Origin: Candidatus Paracaedimonas acanthamoebae
GTDB lineage: Bacteria; Pseudomonadota; Alphaproteobacteria; Caedimonadales; Caedimonadaceae
NCBI GenBank assembly: GCA_000743035.1
Contig: CP008936.1
Location: 1,110,001-1,142,000 of the forward strand
Length of the DNA: 32,000 nt
Direction of reading: 5' to 3'
Each line of letters begins with the position of its first letter. Position 1 is the stretch's first letter. The notes beneath the pieces were generated by a model. It did no database searches, was not told the DNA's origin, and saw only the letters and a list, made by a program, of their open reading frames with translations. The translations under genes and the position numbers were made by a program. This document shows positions 1-8,638 of the stretch, piece by piece.

Positions 1-440
1 CTCTTACAGATGGTGCAGCGGCTGTTGTTTTAATGACCACATCTAAGGCACAAGAACATAATCTTTCTCCTCGTGCGATTATTCGGGGTCACGTTACCTA
101 TTCTCACGATCCTGATTTGTTTACATTGGCACCTATCAATGCTATTAAAATATTACTTGAGAAAATTAATTGGCAAATAGACGATGTTAATCTGTTTGAA
201 ATTAATGAAGCTTTCGCACTTGTTCCTATAGCTGTTATAAAAGAGTTAAAATTAGATATTAATAAAGTCAACATACATGGTGGGGCTTGCGCACTAGGTC
301 ATCCCATTGGTGCAAGTGGGACACGCATTGTTGTCACTCTCCTCCACGCCTTAGAAAAATATAACCTTAAACGAGGTATCGCGACTCTTTGTATCGGCGG
401 CGGAGAAGCAACAGCTATTGCCATTGAAAGACTAGAATAA
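1..440 (+). CDS. Acetyl-CoA C-acetyltransferase (thiolase), C-terminal part; the 5' end lies outside the window
   Basis: Frame 3 is open from the window edge (LTDGAAAVVLM...). The translation carries thiolase C-terminal signatures: NEAFALVP, HGGACALGHPIGASGTRI and LCIGGGEATAIAIE. Stop TAA at 438-440. Confidence 0.9.
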   Translation, partial: LTDGAAAVVLMTTSKAQEHNLSPRAIIRGHVTYSHDPDLFTLAPINAIKILLEKINWQIDDVNLFEINEAFALVPIAVIKELKLDINKVNIHGGACALGHPIGASGTRIVVTLLHALEKYNLKRGIATLCIGGGEATAIAIERLE

Positions 441-441
441 A

Positions 442-1359
442 ATGACTTTAAAAGATATTATAACTGCAATCTTTGTTGTATTCTTGTGGTCTACAAGTCT
501 TCTTGTCCAAAAGTTTGCCGTAAATCATATCTCAATCTATATTCTCGGTGTTTTGCGTCTACTTTCAGCTGCCCCCCTTCTCCTGATTTACCGGCAACCA
601 CCTCACCAATTATGGCGTTATTTAGTTGCTGGTTTTTTTTGGAATATACTGAATTTTTTATTTATTGGCTTTGGCTTTAAATCAGGGGTGGGAGCAGGCA
701 TTGCCTCATTTTTAATACAAACAAATGTCTTTTTCGGTGTCTTCTTTTGTTATCTTTTTTTGCGCGAAAATGTCCATATTCTTGAAATAGCCGGTATGTT
801 TATTGCCTTTTATGGTGTTTACTTACTAACACAAAATGGTTCTCACATCTTACAGGGAAGTACAATGATAGGCATAATCTCCATCTTATTTTCGGCTGTT
901 TGTTGGGGAATTGGTTTTATGCTTCTGAAAAAAATGAAGATTGGCGCCACTATGGCTGATACCGTATGGCTTTCAGTTGTTTCTGCCCCTTCTCTATTTG
1001 CTCTTCTCTTGATGCTTGAAGGCCCTCAAAAAACTATGTTTGAGTTTTCTCATTTAAATCCTCTTAGCCTTGCTTGTGCATTATATGTGGGATTTGCATC
1101 AACAATTTGCGCAAGTTATTTATGGTTAAACCTAGCACACAGAGTTTCTTCTTCTCAGCAAGCTCCTTTCATGCTCCTCTTGCCAATATTTACATGTGTC
1201 TTTTCCGCTGTATTTATGCAAGAAATGTTAACACTTTCTCAACTTTTTGCGGGTGTAATTATTTTAATTGGAGTCTTTGTAACACGTTGTACTCCTCTCT
1301 TAAAACGATTTAAAATGGATACTCTTTTAATTAAACTTAAAGTTACGACTCATGATTGA
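442..1359 (+). CDS. EamA/DMT-superfamily membrane transporter
   Basis: 305 aa, almost entirely hydrophobic, with about 10 helix-length segments arranged as two similar halves, as in EamA-domain permeases. The ATG is 1 nt after the thiolase stop. Confidence 0.75.
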   Translation: MTLKDIITAIFVVFLWSTSLLVQKFAVNHISIYILGVLRLLSAAPLLLIYRQPPHQLWRYLVAGFFWNILNFLFIGFGFKSGVGAGIASFLIQTNVFFGVFFCYLFLRENVHILEIAGMFIAFYGVYLLTQNGSHILQGSTMIGIISILFSAVCWGIGFMLLKKMKIGATMADTVWLSVVSAPSLFALLLMLEGPQKTMFEFSHLNPLSLACALYVGFASTICASYLWLNLAHRVSSSQQAPFMLLLPIFTCVFSAVFMQEMLTLSQLFAGVIILIGVFVTRCTPLLKRFKMDTLLIKLKVTTHD

Positions 1360-2227
1360 TTTTGATAAACTTCGCATCTTTTATCATGTTGCTAAAGAAG
1401 GTTCCGTAAAACGAGCTGCTCAAAATTTAGAGAAAAATCCGACTTCGATTTGGAAGCATATTATGGATTTGGAGTATCACTTTAAAGCAAAATTATTTCT
1501 TCGACGTAAAAAGATTGGCTTAGAACTTACAGAACTAGGAGAAAGCCTTTTTAAAGACGTTAATAGCTTGATTCCAAGCTTAGAACGTGCTTGTACACGC
1601 TATACTCAAGAAGAAAAAATAAAAGATGACTTATTTATTATTACAACAAATGGTGTTGTAAGTATTTGGCTGATTGAAAAATTAAAACCTTTCCTTGAAT
1701 ATAAACAGGATATCAGAGTAAGAATTTCAACAACAAACTCAGAGGTGGATTTTTTAAACTCCAAGGCTGATATAGGTATCTTCTCCAAAGTTAATTATTC
1801 TGAAGGGTTAACTCAACAGAAACTTTTAACGTATCATAGTAAACTTTTTGCAAGCCAAGAGTACTTAGATAAGTATGGTGTTCCTAAAACAATTGATGAT
1901 TTAAAAAACCATAAGTTAATTAGTTTTTATCCTGAGCTTCCAGGATATCGGGGTAATGTTGATTGGCATCTGCAAGAAGAGATGCCCCCACATACTTTAC
2001 GTAAAAGCTGGCTTTCAGTAAATTCTGCTATTTGCCAACTTGAAGCAGCGCGGCAAGGGTTAGGAATTCTGGCAATTGTACAAGAATTTCCTTTGCTTAA
2101 GGATGCTGGCTTAGTTGAGGTACTTCCTCATGAAATAGGTCCTACGTTTGATGTGCATTTTATCACGCGTGCTGCAGATTTTCAAAGTCGCCTTATCCGT
2201 GAATGCTATGAATTTTTAAAGCTATAA
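1352..2227 (+). CDS. LysR-family transcriptional regulator
   Basis: N-terminal winged-HTH pattern (LRIFYHVAKEGSVKRAAQNLEKNPTSIWKHIMDLEYHFKAKLFLRRKK) followed by a ~200-aa LysR substrate-binding-type region. Overlaps the EamA stop by 8 nt (ATGATTGA). Confidence 0.85.
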   Translation: MIDFDKLRIFYHVAKEGSVKRAAQNLEKNPTSIWKHIMDLEYHFKAKLFLRRKKIGLELTELGESLFKDVNSLIPSLERACTRYTQEEKIKDDLFIITTNGVVSIWLIEKLKPFLEYKQDIRVRISTTNSEVDFLNSKADIGIFSKVNYSEGLTQQKLLTYHSKLFASQEYLDKYGVPKTIDDLKNHKLISFYPELPGYRGNVDWHLQEEMPPHTLRKSWLSVNSAICQLEAARQGLGILAIVQEFPLLKDAGLVEVLPHEIGPTFDVHFITRAADFQSRLIRECYEFLKL

Positions 2228-2414
2228 TAGGTTGAAAAACTCATTTAATATGCTAGAGTCTTTTTAATGTTATGAGTACATCCTAAAAAAAAATCAAACA
2301 TAATAGTTTTATAACATTAATTTTTATAAGGGGAAGTCATGTCAAAAATAAACCCATTAAAAATGTTAGATATCTTCCTTTTTTCTACAATAATCCATAT
2401 ATTAGGTTTTTATT

Positions 2415-3377
2415 ATGACTCCATTATTTGAAGCCAGCCCCTGCGAAAAGCGAGCTCTTTTTCTGAGGGAAAAAATAAATCAGTCACTTATTTCGAGCCT
2501 CTTACACCTTTTAGAAGCTGCTGAGGCAGTCTTAGTACCTGAAGTACATCAATCTTCTTTACAAAACTTATATTCTTTAAATATAGAAGAAAAAATTTCA
2601 AGCTTTTTACATGCTTTAAACGCAGAACTATTGCAAGCTTTTACAATAGAAGACATTCCAACTATTCAAAAAATAGCTTATAATATTGCTGAGAATCGTT
2701 TTCAAATTGAAGAAATTAATTTTCTTCGAACATATGAACTACCAACCTATCATAGAGAACTCTTTGAAAAATCTGCAGGTTTTGAGATTCCTGGAGGAGC
2801 CACTTTTACAAGCTCATCTCCTGAAGGGAATCAAAGAATTAAATCGCTTTTTCAGCAAGGTTTAAATTTGATTGCGCAAAGTTGTGATGATCTTTACAAA
2901 GAAATAACGGTCTTTCTAGGCGAAATATTCACTTTTGAATCTCCTCAAGTGAAATATGGATCAAGCTTTAATCTTTTTGGCTTGATCTACGTTCGAGAAT
3001 CTCTACCATTTACACCTGCCGATGTGGTTGATACTTTAGCACATGAAGCAGCTCATCTATACTTATTCTCTTTATCTGCAGATGATCCTCTGGTTTTAAA
3101 TCCACCAGAAGAACGCTATATTGGGTCTTTGCGAAAAGATAAGCGTCCTCTTATTGGACTTTATCACGGTTGCTTCGTGATTTCTCGAATACTTTACGCC
3201 TTAAGAGCACTTTATAGTCATAAATTACTGTCAGAAGAGGATCAAGCTCGCTGTGCTGTTCTGATTGAAGAGTACAAGGTAAAATATGCTTCACTATTGG
3301 AAATTATTCAAAAGCACGCAAAAATGACCACTTTAGGACAAAGTATTTTGGGCTCCACTATAAAACTAGCAAGCTGA
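2415..3377 (+). CDS. HExxH-motif protein, possibly of the HEXXH-motif peptide-modification (aKG-HExxH hydroxylase-like) family
   Basis: 320-aa ORF. Motif LAHEAAHLYLFSL, then ...RYIGSLRKDKRPLIGLYHGCFV, resembles my recollection of the 'HEXXH motif domain' family core (HExxHxKL...Y.PWR.DPRPL.GLLxG). No signal peptide. Confidence 0.5.
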   Translation: MTPLFEASPCEKRALFLREKINQSLISSLLHLLEAAEAVLVPEVHQSSLQNLYSLNIEEKISSFLHALNAELLQAFTIEDIPTIQKIAYNIAENRFQIEEINFLRTYELPTYHRELFEKSAGFEIPGGATFTSSSPEGNQRIKSLFQQGLNLIAQSCDDLYKEITVFLGEIFTFESPQVKYGSSFNLFGLIYVRESLPFTPADVVDTLAHEAAHLYLFSLSADDPLVLNPPEERYIGSLRKDKRPLIGLYHGCFVISRILYALRALYSHKLLSEEDQARCAVLIEEYKVKYASLLEIIQKHAKMTTLGQSILGSTIKLAS

Positions 3378-3390
3378 CATCAAAAACATC

Positions 3391-3429
3391 AAAATTTTTG
3401 CGATAAAAGTTTTTTGTCGCAAATTTTGA
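3391..3429 (+). terminator. Possible intrinsic terminator hairpin downstream of the HExxH gene
   Basis: Imperfect inverted repeat aaaatttttgcga / tcgcaaattttga, with a perfect 7-bp core tttgcga/tcgcaaa, followed by a T-rich run (gatttttt). Starts 14 nt after the stop. Confidence 0.35.
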
Positions 3430-3512
3430 TTTTTTCCTTTGCACATTAAAATGAGATATGATACACCTCTAGATAAGTAAAAATTAATTTATCTAAACTG
3501 GAGGACTTAAAT

Positions 3513-3719
3513 ATGTTTCATCATCATAAAGTTACTCTTACAGCTAATGAAATTGCGCAAGCTCTTACACGTATGAACTCTCCAGCTCTTGCACCATTGA
3601 CGCAAATTAATGCAAGCTCTCAAAAACACCTTGCTGCTGCTGCTTCTTGGGTGGTTAATCGCCGTAAAGAAAATTCATCCCGCCTCTTCTCAACGGCAGT
3701 TCATGGTTCTCCTATTTAA
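3513..3719 (+). CDS. Small hypothetical protein (68 aa)
   Basis: ATG preceded by a GGAGG Shine-Dalgarno at about 8 nt (ctGGAGGacttaaatATG). No recognisable domain. Alternative overlapping ORF 3610-3795 lacks an SD. Confidence 0.4.
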   Translation: MFHHHKVTLTANEIAQALTRMNSPALAPLTQINASSQKHLAAAASWVVNRRKENSSRLFSTAVHGSPI

Positions 3720-3997
3720 GTTTATTCCCCTATTTCCCGACATAAGATTCTTGTTTTTTAACGATACTGTCAGAGATAGGCTTATATTTACGTAAATATA
3801 AGAAGCTATTGTGGAAAATTTGTTAACATACCTAAGTTGCCTTTTTATATTTTTCTCCAAAAAGACAAATAAATTTTATACCAACCTCTTAACTATCAAA
3901 CGCAAAAACTTTGCAACAATGAACTTTAACGGAGAGGGAAATATCCGGCATTTAGGATAAAACTTCCCAGAACCCTATATTTTAGTAACTTTTCCAA

Positions 3998-4026
3998 TTG
4001 ACAAAAAGACATGTTTACTCTAAATA
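3998..4026 (+). promoter_or_regulatory. Sigma70-like promoter candidate for the Ser-rich protein gene
   Basis: TTGACA (3998-4003), 17-nt spacer, TAAATA (4021-4026). Lies about 75 nt upstream of the ATG at 4101. Confidence 0.35.
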
Positions 4027-4100
4027 AAGAACAAAATAGGTGTTTGTAATTTTTTTTATGATCTTTAATGATAATCCTCATTTAGATATAGGTAGTTTTT

Positions 4101-5576
4101 ATGAATAAATCAGTATTTCTTTTCTCTCTTTCTGTAACAACAGCCCTACTGCGTATGCCTGCGATAGCAACAAGCTACTTAGAGGAAGTCGAAAAAAATA
4201 ATCGCCCAGGTCTTCCTAAGGATTCTTCTTCACAGGACACCCCCGTCGCCATAAAGAAAGCACAAATAAAGGCTTCCGAAGATATTGGGGCCTTTCTTGG
4301 CGCATGCATTCCCCAAATGCGTACATTAAAAGAGTGGGTTGGGGGCTTCCTTGACGATAAACAATCTCAGCCAACTGAATCTATGATAACATCACCGCGG
4401 GCAGAAGATTATGACACAACGATCAAGATCTTTACAAATAATGCGACAGTAAATGTGGATCAATTGATTAAGGATGGCATCGGGCTTATGGAAAGTAATG
4501 CAAATTCTCTCTTGAACAATAAGATGGGGGACATTAGCGCCTATAGTATGCTAGGAGATTTGTTGGCACGTATTTATGCGATAGAATTATTGCTGGCAGA
4601 ACATTTTTCACCTTATATGCCACACCATAAGGAGTTGAAGGGCTATCACACATTTTGGCAAACAAGACAAAAAGAAAAAGAAGGTTTGCAAAAATTACAA
4701 CAGCAAATACAAAACTCTCAACAAGAAACAACACCTTCTTCAAATGAAAGATCTTCTATTTTAGTGGCATTGACATGTGAGTTAGAACAGAAGTTTCGAA
4801 CGGTAGAAGAGAATGCACAAAAACTTAGACGCCTCACTATCGCATTGTCTCATGGTGAAGCTCTAGACTTTTCGTCATTTGTGGAAGAGCAATCACCAAC
4901 AAGCGCACTCTTAAGCCCAAGAAATAATTCTTCTAGCCCACAAAAAACACTTTATACAGAATCTTCATCGCCCAGCAGTGAGTCCTCTCAGACCAATACT
5001 TCAACTCAAAGAGGGAGGGGGGCATCTATAGTTTCGTCTCCTATCAGCCTTAAAAGTAAAAAAACTTTAGCTTTAGGAGGCTCTTCTCCCTCATTACAAT
5101 CTCCGGAGAAGACACAACTAACTTCCGATGATGATGATCGTGTGGTACGAAGAAAAAGAGCCACCTCTTCAGGCACTTCTTCTTATGCCTCTCACATCAG
5201 TTCTTCTTCCTCGTCTTCTCCAACTGCTTCAGAAAGCAAGTCGAAGAAGCTTGGACGCTCTGGATCAGTGAGCATAGCGTCATCAGCTCAAGGTGTCTCG
5301 CATTCGGATTTACAAGAATCACCACTCTTTAGAGGACTATCTACAAAACCGTCTCCTTCAGAAAAACCTGCAGAACTATCAGGTTCTCCAAAAGAAGGAT
5401 CGCCTACTTCTTCAAAAAAAGAAAAAGGTGGCGTCCTTGTGAGTTTTAAAAGAGTTTTGAGCGGAAAAAGCGGAAAAAAAAGTCCTTTTCAGGAAGATTC
5501 ATCTTCAGAAACTAGCTCATCCACGTCTTCATCTCCAAAGAACTCTTCTAAGTTTCTTCCTCAAGAGAAGAAATGA
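4101..5576 (+). CDS. Secreted hypothetical protein with a helical N-terminal half and a Ser/Pro/Lys-rich low-complexity C-terminal half
   Basis: N-terminal signal-like MNKSVFLFSLSVTTALLRMPAIA. The C-terminal ~230 aa are dominated by S, P, K and T runs (SSSSSSSPTASESKSKK, SSSETSSSTSSSPKNSS). Confidence 0.75.
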   Translation: MNKSVFLFSLSVTTALLRMPAIATSYLEEVEKNNRPGLPKDSSSQDTPVAIKKAQIKASEDIGAFLGACIPQMRTLKEWVGGFLDDKQSQPTESMITSPRAEDYDTTIKIFTNNATVNVDQLIKDGIGLMESNANSLLNNKMGDISAYSMLGDLLARIYAIELLLAEHFSPYMPHHKELKGYHTFWQTRQKEKEGLQKLQQQIQNSQQETTPSSNERSSILVALTCELEQKFRTVEENAQKLRRLTIALSHGEALDFSSFVEEQSPTSALLSPRNNSSSPQKTLYTESSSPSSESSQTNTSTQRGRGASIVSSPISLKSKKTLALGGSSPSLQSPEKTQLTSDDDDRVVRRKRATSSGTSSYASHISSSSSSSPTASESKSKKLGRSGSVSIASSAQGVSHSDLQESPLFRGLSTKPSPSEKPAELSGSPKEGSPTSSKKEKGGVLVSFKRVLSGKSGKKSPFQEDSSSETSSSTSSSPKNSSKFLPQEKK

Positions 5577-5607
5577 GACAAGTAATAATCGAGTAAGAAA
5601 AAGGGTA

Positions 5608-5695
5608 CTGATGGGATGTCCTGAAATTTTTTAAGAAGCTTTAATAATTAAGTATGATTAAAAAATTAACTCTAATAGAGAGACCATATCATCAG
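5608..5695. repeat. MITE-like ~88-bp repeat, copy A (partner at 13918-14005)
   Basis: About 80% identical by eye to 13918-14005. Its ends form an imperfect terminal inverted repeat (ctgatgggatg ... catatcatcag). Lies in the convergent gap between the Ser-rich gene and umuC. Confidence 0.5.
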
Positions 5696-5705
5696 TATCG
5701 CTTTC

Positions 5706-6980
5706 CTAAAATACTTCTGCAAGCTCTCCCCAATTTGTGGTGTAACGCGGTGACAAGTACTCACGTTGTGTTAACTCAAAAACTTTCAACCGAGAATCTC
5801 CATACATTATCCCCTTCGCCCCAAATTTTTTATTAATTTGATCAATTGCTTTTGTAAGTCGTTCTCGCCGCATTGAAGGACGGTTAAATAAAGAATATTG
5901 GAGATGAGAAGACTCCACCAAACCACTTAAGCAAACTCCCATCCTTTTATATCTTTGACCTAAACAAAAGATTTTTTTCAAACCTATCTGAGCAGCCTGA
6001 CACAGAGTTAATGTATCATCAGCAGCAATATCAAGTACCACAACATGCTTATTTGCGTAGTATGATTCTCGCTGAAAACGATTAGTTTTTATAAAAATAT
6101 GGACATGTGTCGCTAATTTTCTTTCGTTTCTTAATTTTTCGGCAGCTTTCTCCATCCAAGCTGAAACAAAAGAAGCAAGTTCCTCAAAAGAAGAAAGAGA
6201 ATTTTTAAAAGAACGAGACACCAAGATTAGCTGTTTTGAGGTATCATGATTTTCTATAGGATACGCTATGTGTCCTTTAAGCTCCCAAACTATTCTTTCG
6301 CCTATTACACTCATCCCCTGGCGTATCCATTTCAAAGGAGTTCTTTTAAGTTGAAGAGCCGTCTCAATATTTTTGCTTCTCAGATAAGCCGTATATTTAC
6401 GTCCAACCCCCCAAATTTCTTTTGCTGGTAGGCCAACCAAAAACCCATCAATTTCATTCTCTTCAAGAAGATTAAGGATTCCATTTCCTTTCTTTGCGTA
6501 AGCATTAGCGACCTTTGCCAAGGTTTTTGTTCGTGAAACACCAATTGAAATGGGAATACCGGTCCATCTCTGAACCCGCTGTTGAAGCTTATAGCAAAAA
6601 GCTTCAAGCTCATGATCTGGAATCTTAGAAAGATCCAAAAACGCTTCATCAATAGAGTATATTTCTATCAAAGGAACCATTGTTCGTAATGTTGCCATTA
6701 CGCGCTGCGATATATCCACATAAAGCTCAAAATTTGAGGAAAACACTTTAACATCATGTTTTTTTACAATCGAAATAAATTTAAAGTAGGGCTCTCCCAT
6801 TTTAATGTTTAATTCTTTGGCTTCGTTCGACCGAGAAATCGCACATCCATCATTATTACTTAATACAACAACAGGCTTGCTTTTAAGATCAGGCCGAAAT
6901 ACGCGTTCACATGACACAAAGAAATTATTACAGTCGACTAATCCGATTTTAGGTTGATCCGAATGATTCACGAGTGGCAT
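5706..6980 (-). CDS. umuC: Y-family translesion DNA polymerase, UmuC type
   Basis: The N-terminus GLVDCNNFFVSCERVFRPDLKSKPVVVLSNNDGCAISRSNEAKELNIKMGEPYF aligns nearly residue-for-residue with the E. coli UmuC N-terminus as I recall it (CDVNAFYASCETVFRPDLWGKPVVVLSNNDGCVIARNAEAKALGVKMGDPWF). 424 aa. Confidence 0.9.
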   Translation of the reverse strand: MPLVNHSDQPKIGLVDCNNFFVSCERVFRPDLKSKPVVVLSNNDGCAISRSNEAKELNIKMGEPYFKFISIVKKHDVKVFSSNFELYVDISQRVMATLRTMVPLIEIYSIDEAFLDLSKIPDHELEAFCYKLQQRVQRWTGIPISIGVSRTKTLAKVANAYAKKGNGILNLLEENEIDGFLVGLPAKEIWGVGRKYTAYLRSKNIETALQLKRTPLKWIRQGMSVIGERIVWELKGHIAYPIENHDTSKQLILVSRSFKNSLSSFEELASFVSAWMEKAAEKLRNERKLATHVHIFIKTNRFQRESYYANKHVVVLDIAADDTLTLCQAAQIGLKKIFCLGQRYKRMGVCLSGLVESSHLQYSLFNRPSMRRERLTKAIDQINKKFGAKGIMYGDSRLKVFELTQREYLSPRYTTNWGELAEVF

Positions 6981-8168
6981 CTTTTATTATTTTCCAATCG
7001 TTAAAGTGTTATCTATCCCCATTCCTCAAATTCTTTTCTCGCATAAAAGATCATCGCAGAGAGGTTGGAACATTCCATTTAAAGAATAGGCTGAACTAAA
7101 ACCATGCCTCAAGATTAAGTCTCTTCCCTTAAGACATATGAAACCTATTAAAATTCTTTTATTTTTAGGATTTAAGATATCTTCTACGCTCATGAAGTTG
7201 TGCTATAGACCCCCTTAAGGTTAGAAGGATACCTTTTATCGCTCAACGTTATACTCGTGTAGTTATTGTTTAGCTTCACATACTACCTAAAATAAAATCC
7301 TCCTTTACATTCTTTATTAATTTTTCATTAGGATCCTGCTTCGGCTAAATCCTCTTACTAGATGGGAATCAAAATCATCTGGATGTCATTATCTCTAGAA
7401 TAAGAGCTCTCTTTATTTATTGATCTTAATGTTCACTACCTATTTTTTATCCTAATTGATTTAAGATCAAAAATCAACAGAAAAATGTACATTTTACAAA
7501 TAAATTTATCTCCCTTTAAAAAGGCTTTTTTTATTTCCTTCTAAAAGCGCATTGATCTCCATTTTTAAAAAACCTTTTTATAGAGGGATTTCAAAGCTCC
7601 TGCTTTGGAAAGAAGCATTAAATTCCGATAATAATATTCATTTTTACTGGTTAATTTTATAGGAAAGATCTGGACTGCTTCCAGCTGTTTCGCGTATTGT
7701 TATAAAAAATTACAATTATTTGCTTTATGAGGTTTTAAGGAAAAAGAGATCACATCCTAAAAAATAACTGAAAAATTATAAAGCCATAAATTGGCTTTCA
7801 ATAAATAAAGGCGAAATGAAAATTTCAAAAAGAATGGTGGGGATGGTTAAGAACCTTTTAGCCTTCCCTGTTTATCTTTTTTAAAGTTCCCTCCCCTAAC
7901 TTGCCAATGGAACTTTAAAGGCTATGGCAGCCCCCAGCTACCTATTAACACTAATGTATCAGAAAAAAATATAAATACAAGCACAAAAGCTATTGAATTT
8001 ATTAGTTTTTATGCTTAATTTTGCGCAATTAAAACAATATCTCAATTTTTGAGACATACGATTAAAACCCAAACTTAATTATTGCCATATCTTCTCACTA
8101 TCTAATCTTAGTACAATAAAACGTAAACAGAGAATCGAGATAGGTTGATGTTATTGAAAGGAGAGAAC

Positions 8169-8400
8169 ATGAGCAAAAATACGATAAAGAATTCAAGATT
8201 AATGCCGTTAAGGTTTATCTTAGAGTATTGAGAAAATAGCATTAGATTTAGGGGATTCTTGTGCCAGTTTAGGGCAGTGGATTAAACAGTATAGGCGTGA
8301 AGGAGACAGGAGTTTTCTAGCAAGTGGCCATGTGATTGAGGAAGCGTTAAGAGCCTTAAAGCGTGAGCTTTATCTTGTTTATCAGGAGCAAGATATCTAA
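8169..8400 (+). pseudogene. IS3-family OrfA (Transposase_8 HTH) remnant, frameshifted and truncated
   Basis: Pieces in three frames: MSKN..., YDKEFKINAVKVYL, and SIEKIALDLGDSCASLGQWIKQYRREGDRSF...EEALRALKRELYLVYQEQDI. This is the typical IS3 OrfA layout. It ends where the IS110-like element begins. Confidence 0.7.
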
Positions 8401-8413
8401 AAAAACCACCTAA

Positions 8414-8635
8414 ATGGCACCCCTTTCCCTAATAAATAGAAACTCGCGCTCGTTAACTGCTAAAGTTGAGCTATCAAAGAGAGCGGCCGTCTGCTTATTG
8501 GTGGATTACCCCGTTAAAAAACATGGTCCAGGGAGTACAACGAGCCCGGCATTGGAGGTACAAACCCCGTTTAGGAAAGTGATTTATTCGTTACCCTGCT
8601 CTTTGATTCTATAGATAAACAAGGAGAAGAGGTAA
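8414..8635 (+). ncRNA. Candidate IS110 bridge/seek RNA in the 5' leader of IS no. 1
   Basis: Non-coding leader that looks more GC-rich than its surroundings (gagcggccgtctgc, gagcccggcattggagg). IS110-subgroup elements are known to encode a structured guide RNA 5' of the recombinase. No covariance model was run. Confidence 0.3.
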
Positions 8636-8638
8636 GTG

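Noticed and set aside
3610-3795. 61-aa ORF overlapping the 3513-3719 small ORF in another frame.
   Set aside because: It has no SD and a Leu-rich, low-complexity translation. The overlapping 68-aa ORF has a strong GGAGG SD and is the better, though still uncertain, candidate.
5654-5836. 60-aa ORF starting in the MITE-like repeat and running into the 3' end of umuC on the opposite strand.
   Set aside because: It starts at an ATG supplied by the repeat (the same ATGATTAAA occurs in copy B with a different continuation). It overlaps the well-supported umuC coding region antisense, so it is a chance ORF.
7026-7193. 55-codon minus-strand ORF upstream of umuC as a umuD remnant (MSVEDILNPKNKRILIGFICLKGRDLILRHGFSSAYSLNGMFQPLCDDLLCEKRI).
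   Set aside because: It has no SD and no Ser/Lys S24-peptidase motifs. Only a vague resemblance exists (HGFSSAY against AGFPSPA). It is too weak to annotate and is mentioned only in the umuC finding.
8414-8614. 66-aa ORF (MAPLSLINRNSRSLTAKVELSKRAAVCLLVDYPVKKHGPGSTTSPALEVQTPFRKVIYSLPCSLIL) upstream of the IS110 transposase.
   Set aside because: It has no SD and no recognisable fold. It lies exactly where IS110-subgroup elements carry their non-coding guide-RNA leader, so I treated the region as a candidate ncRNA instead.
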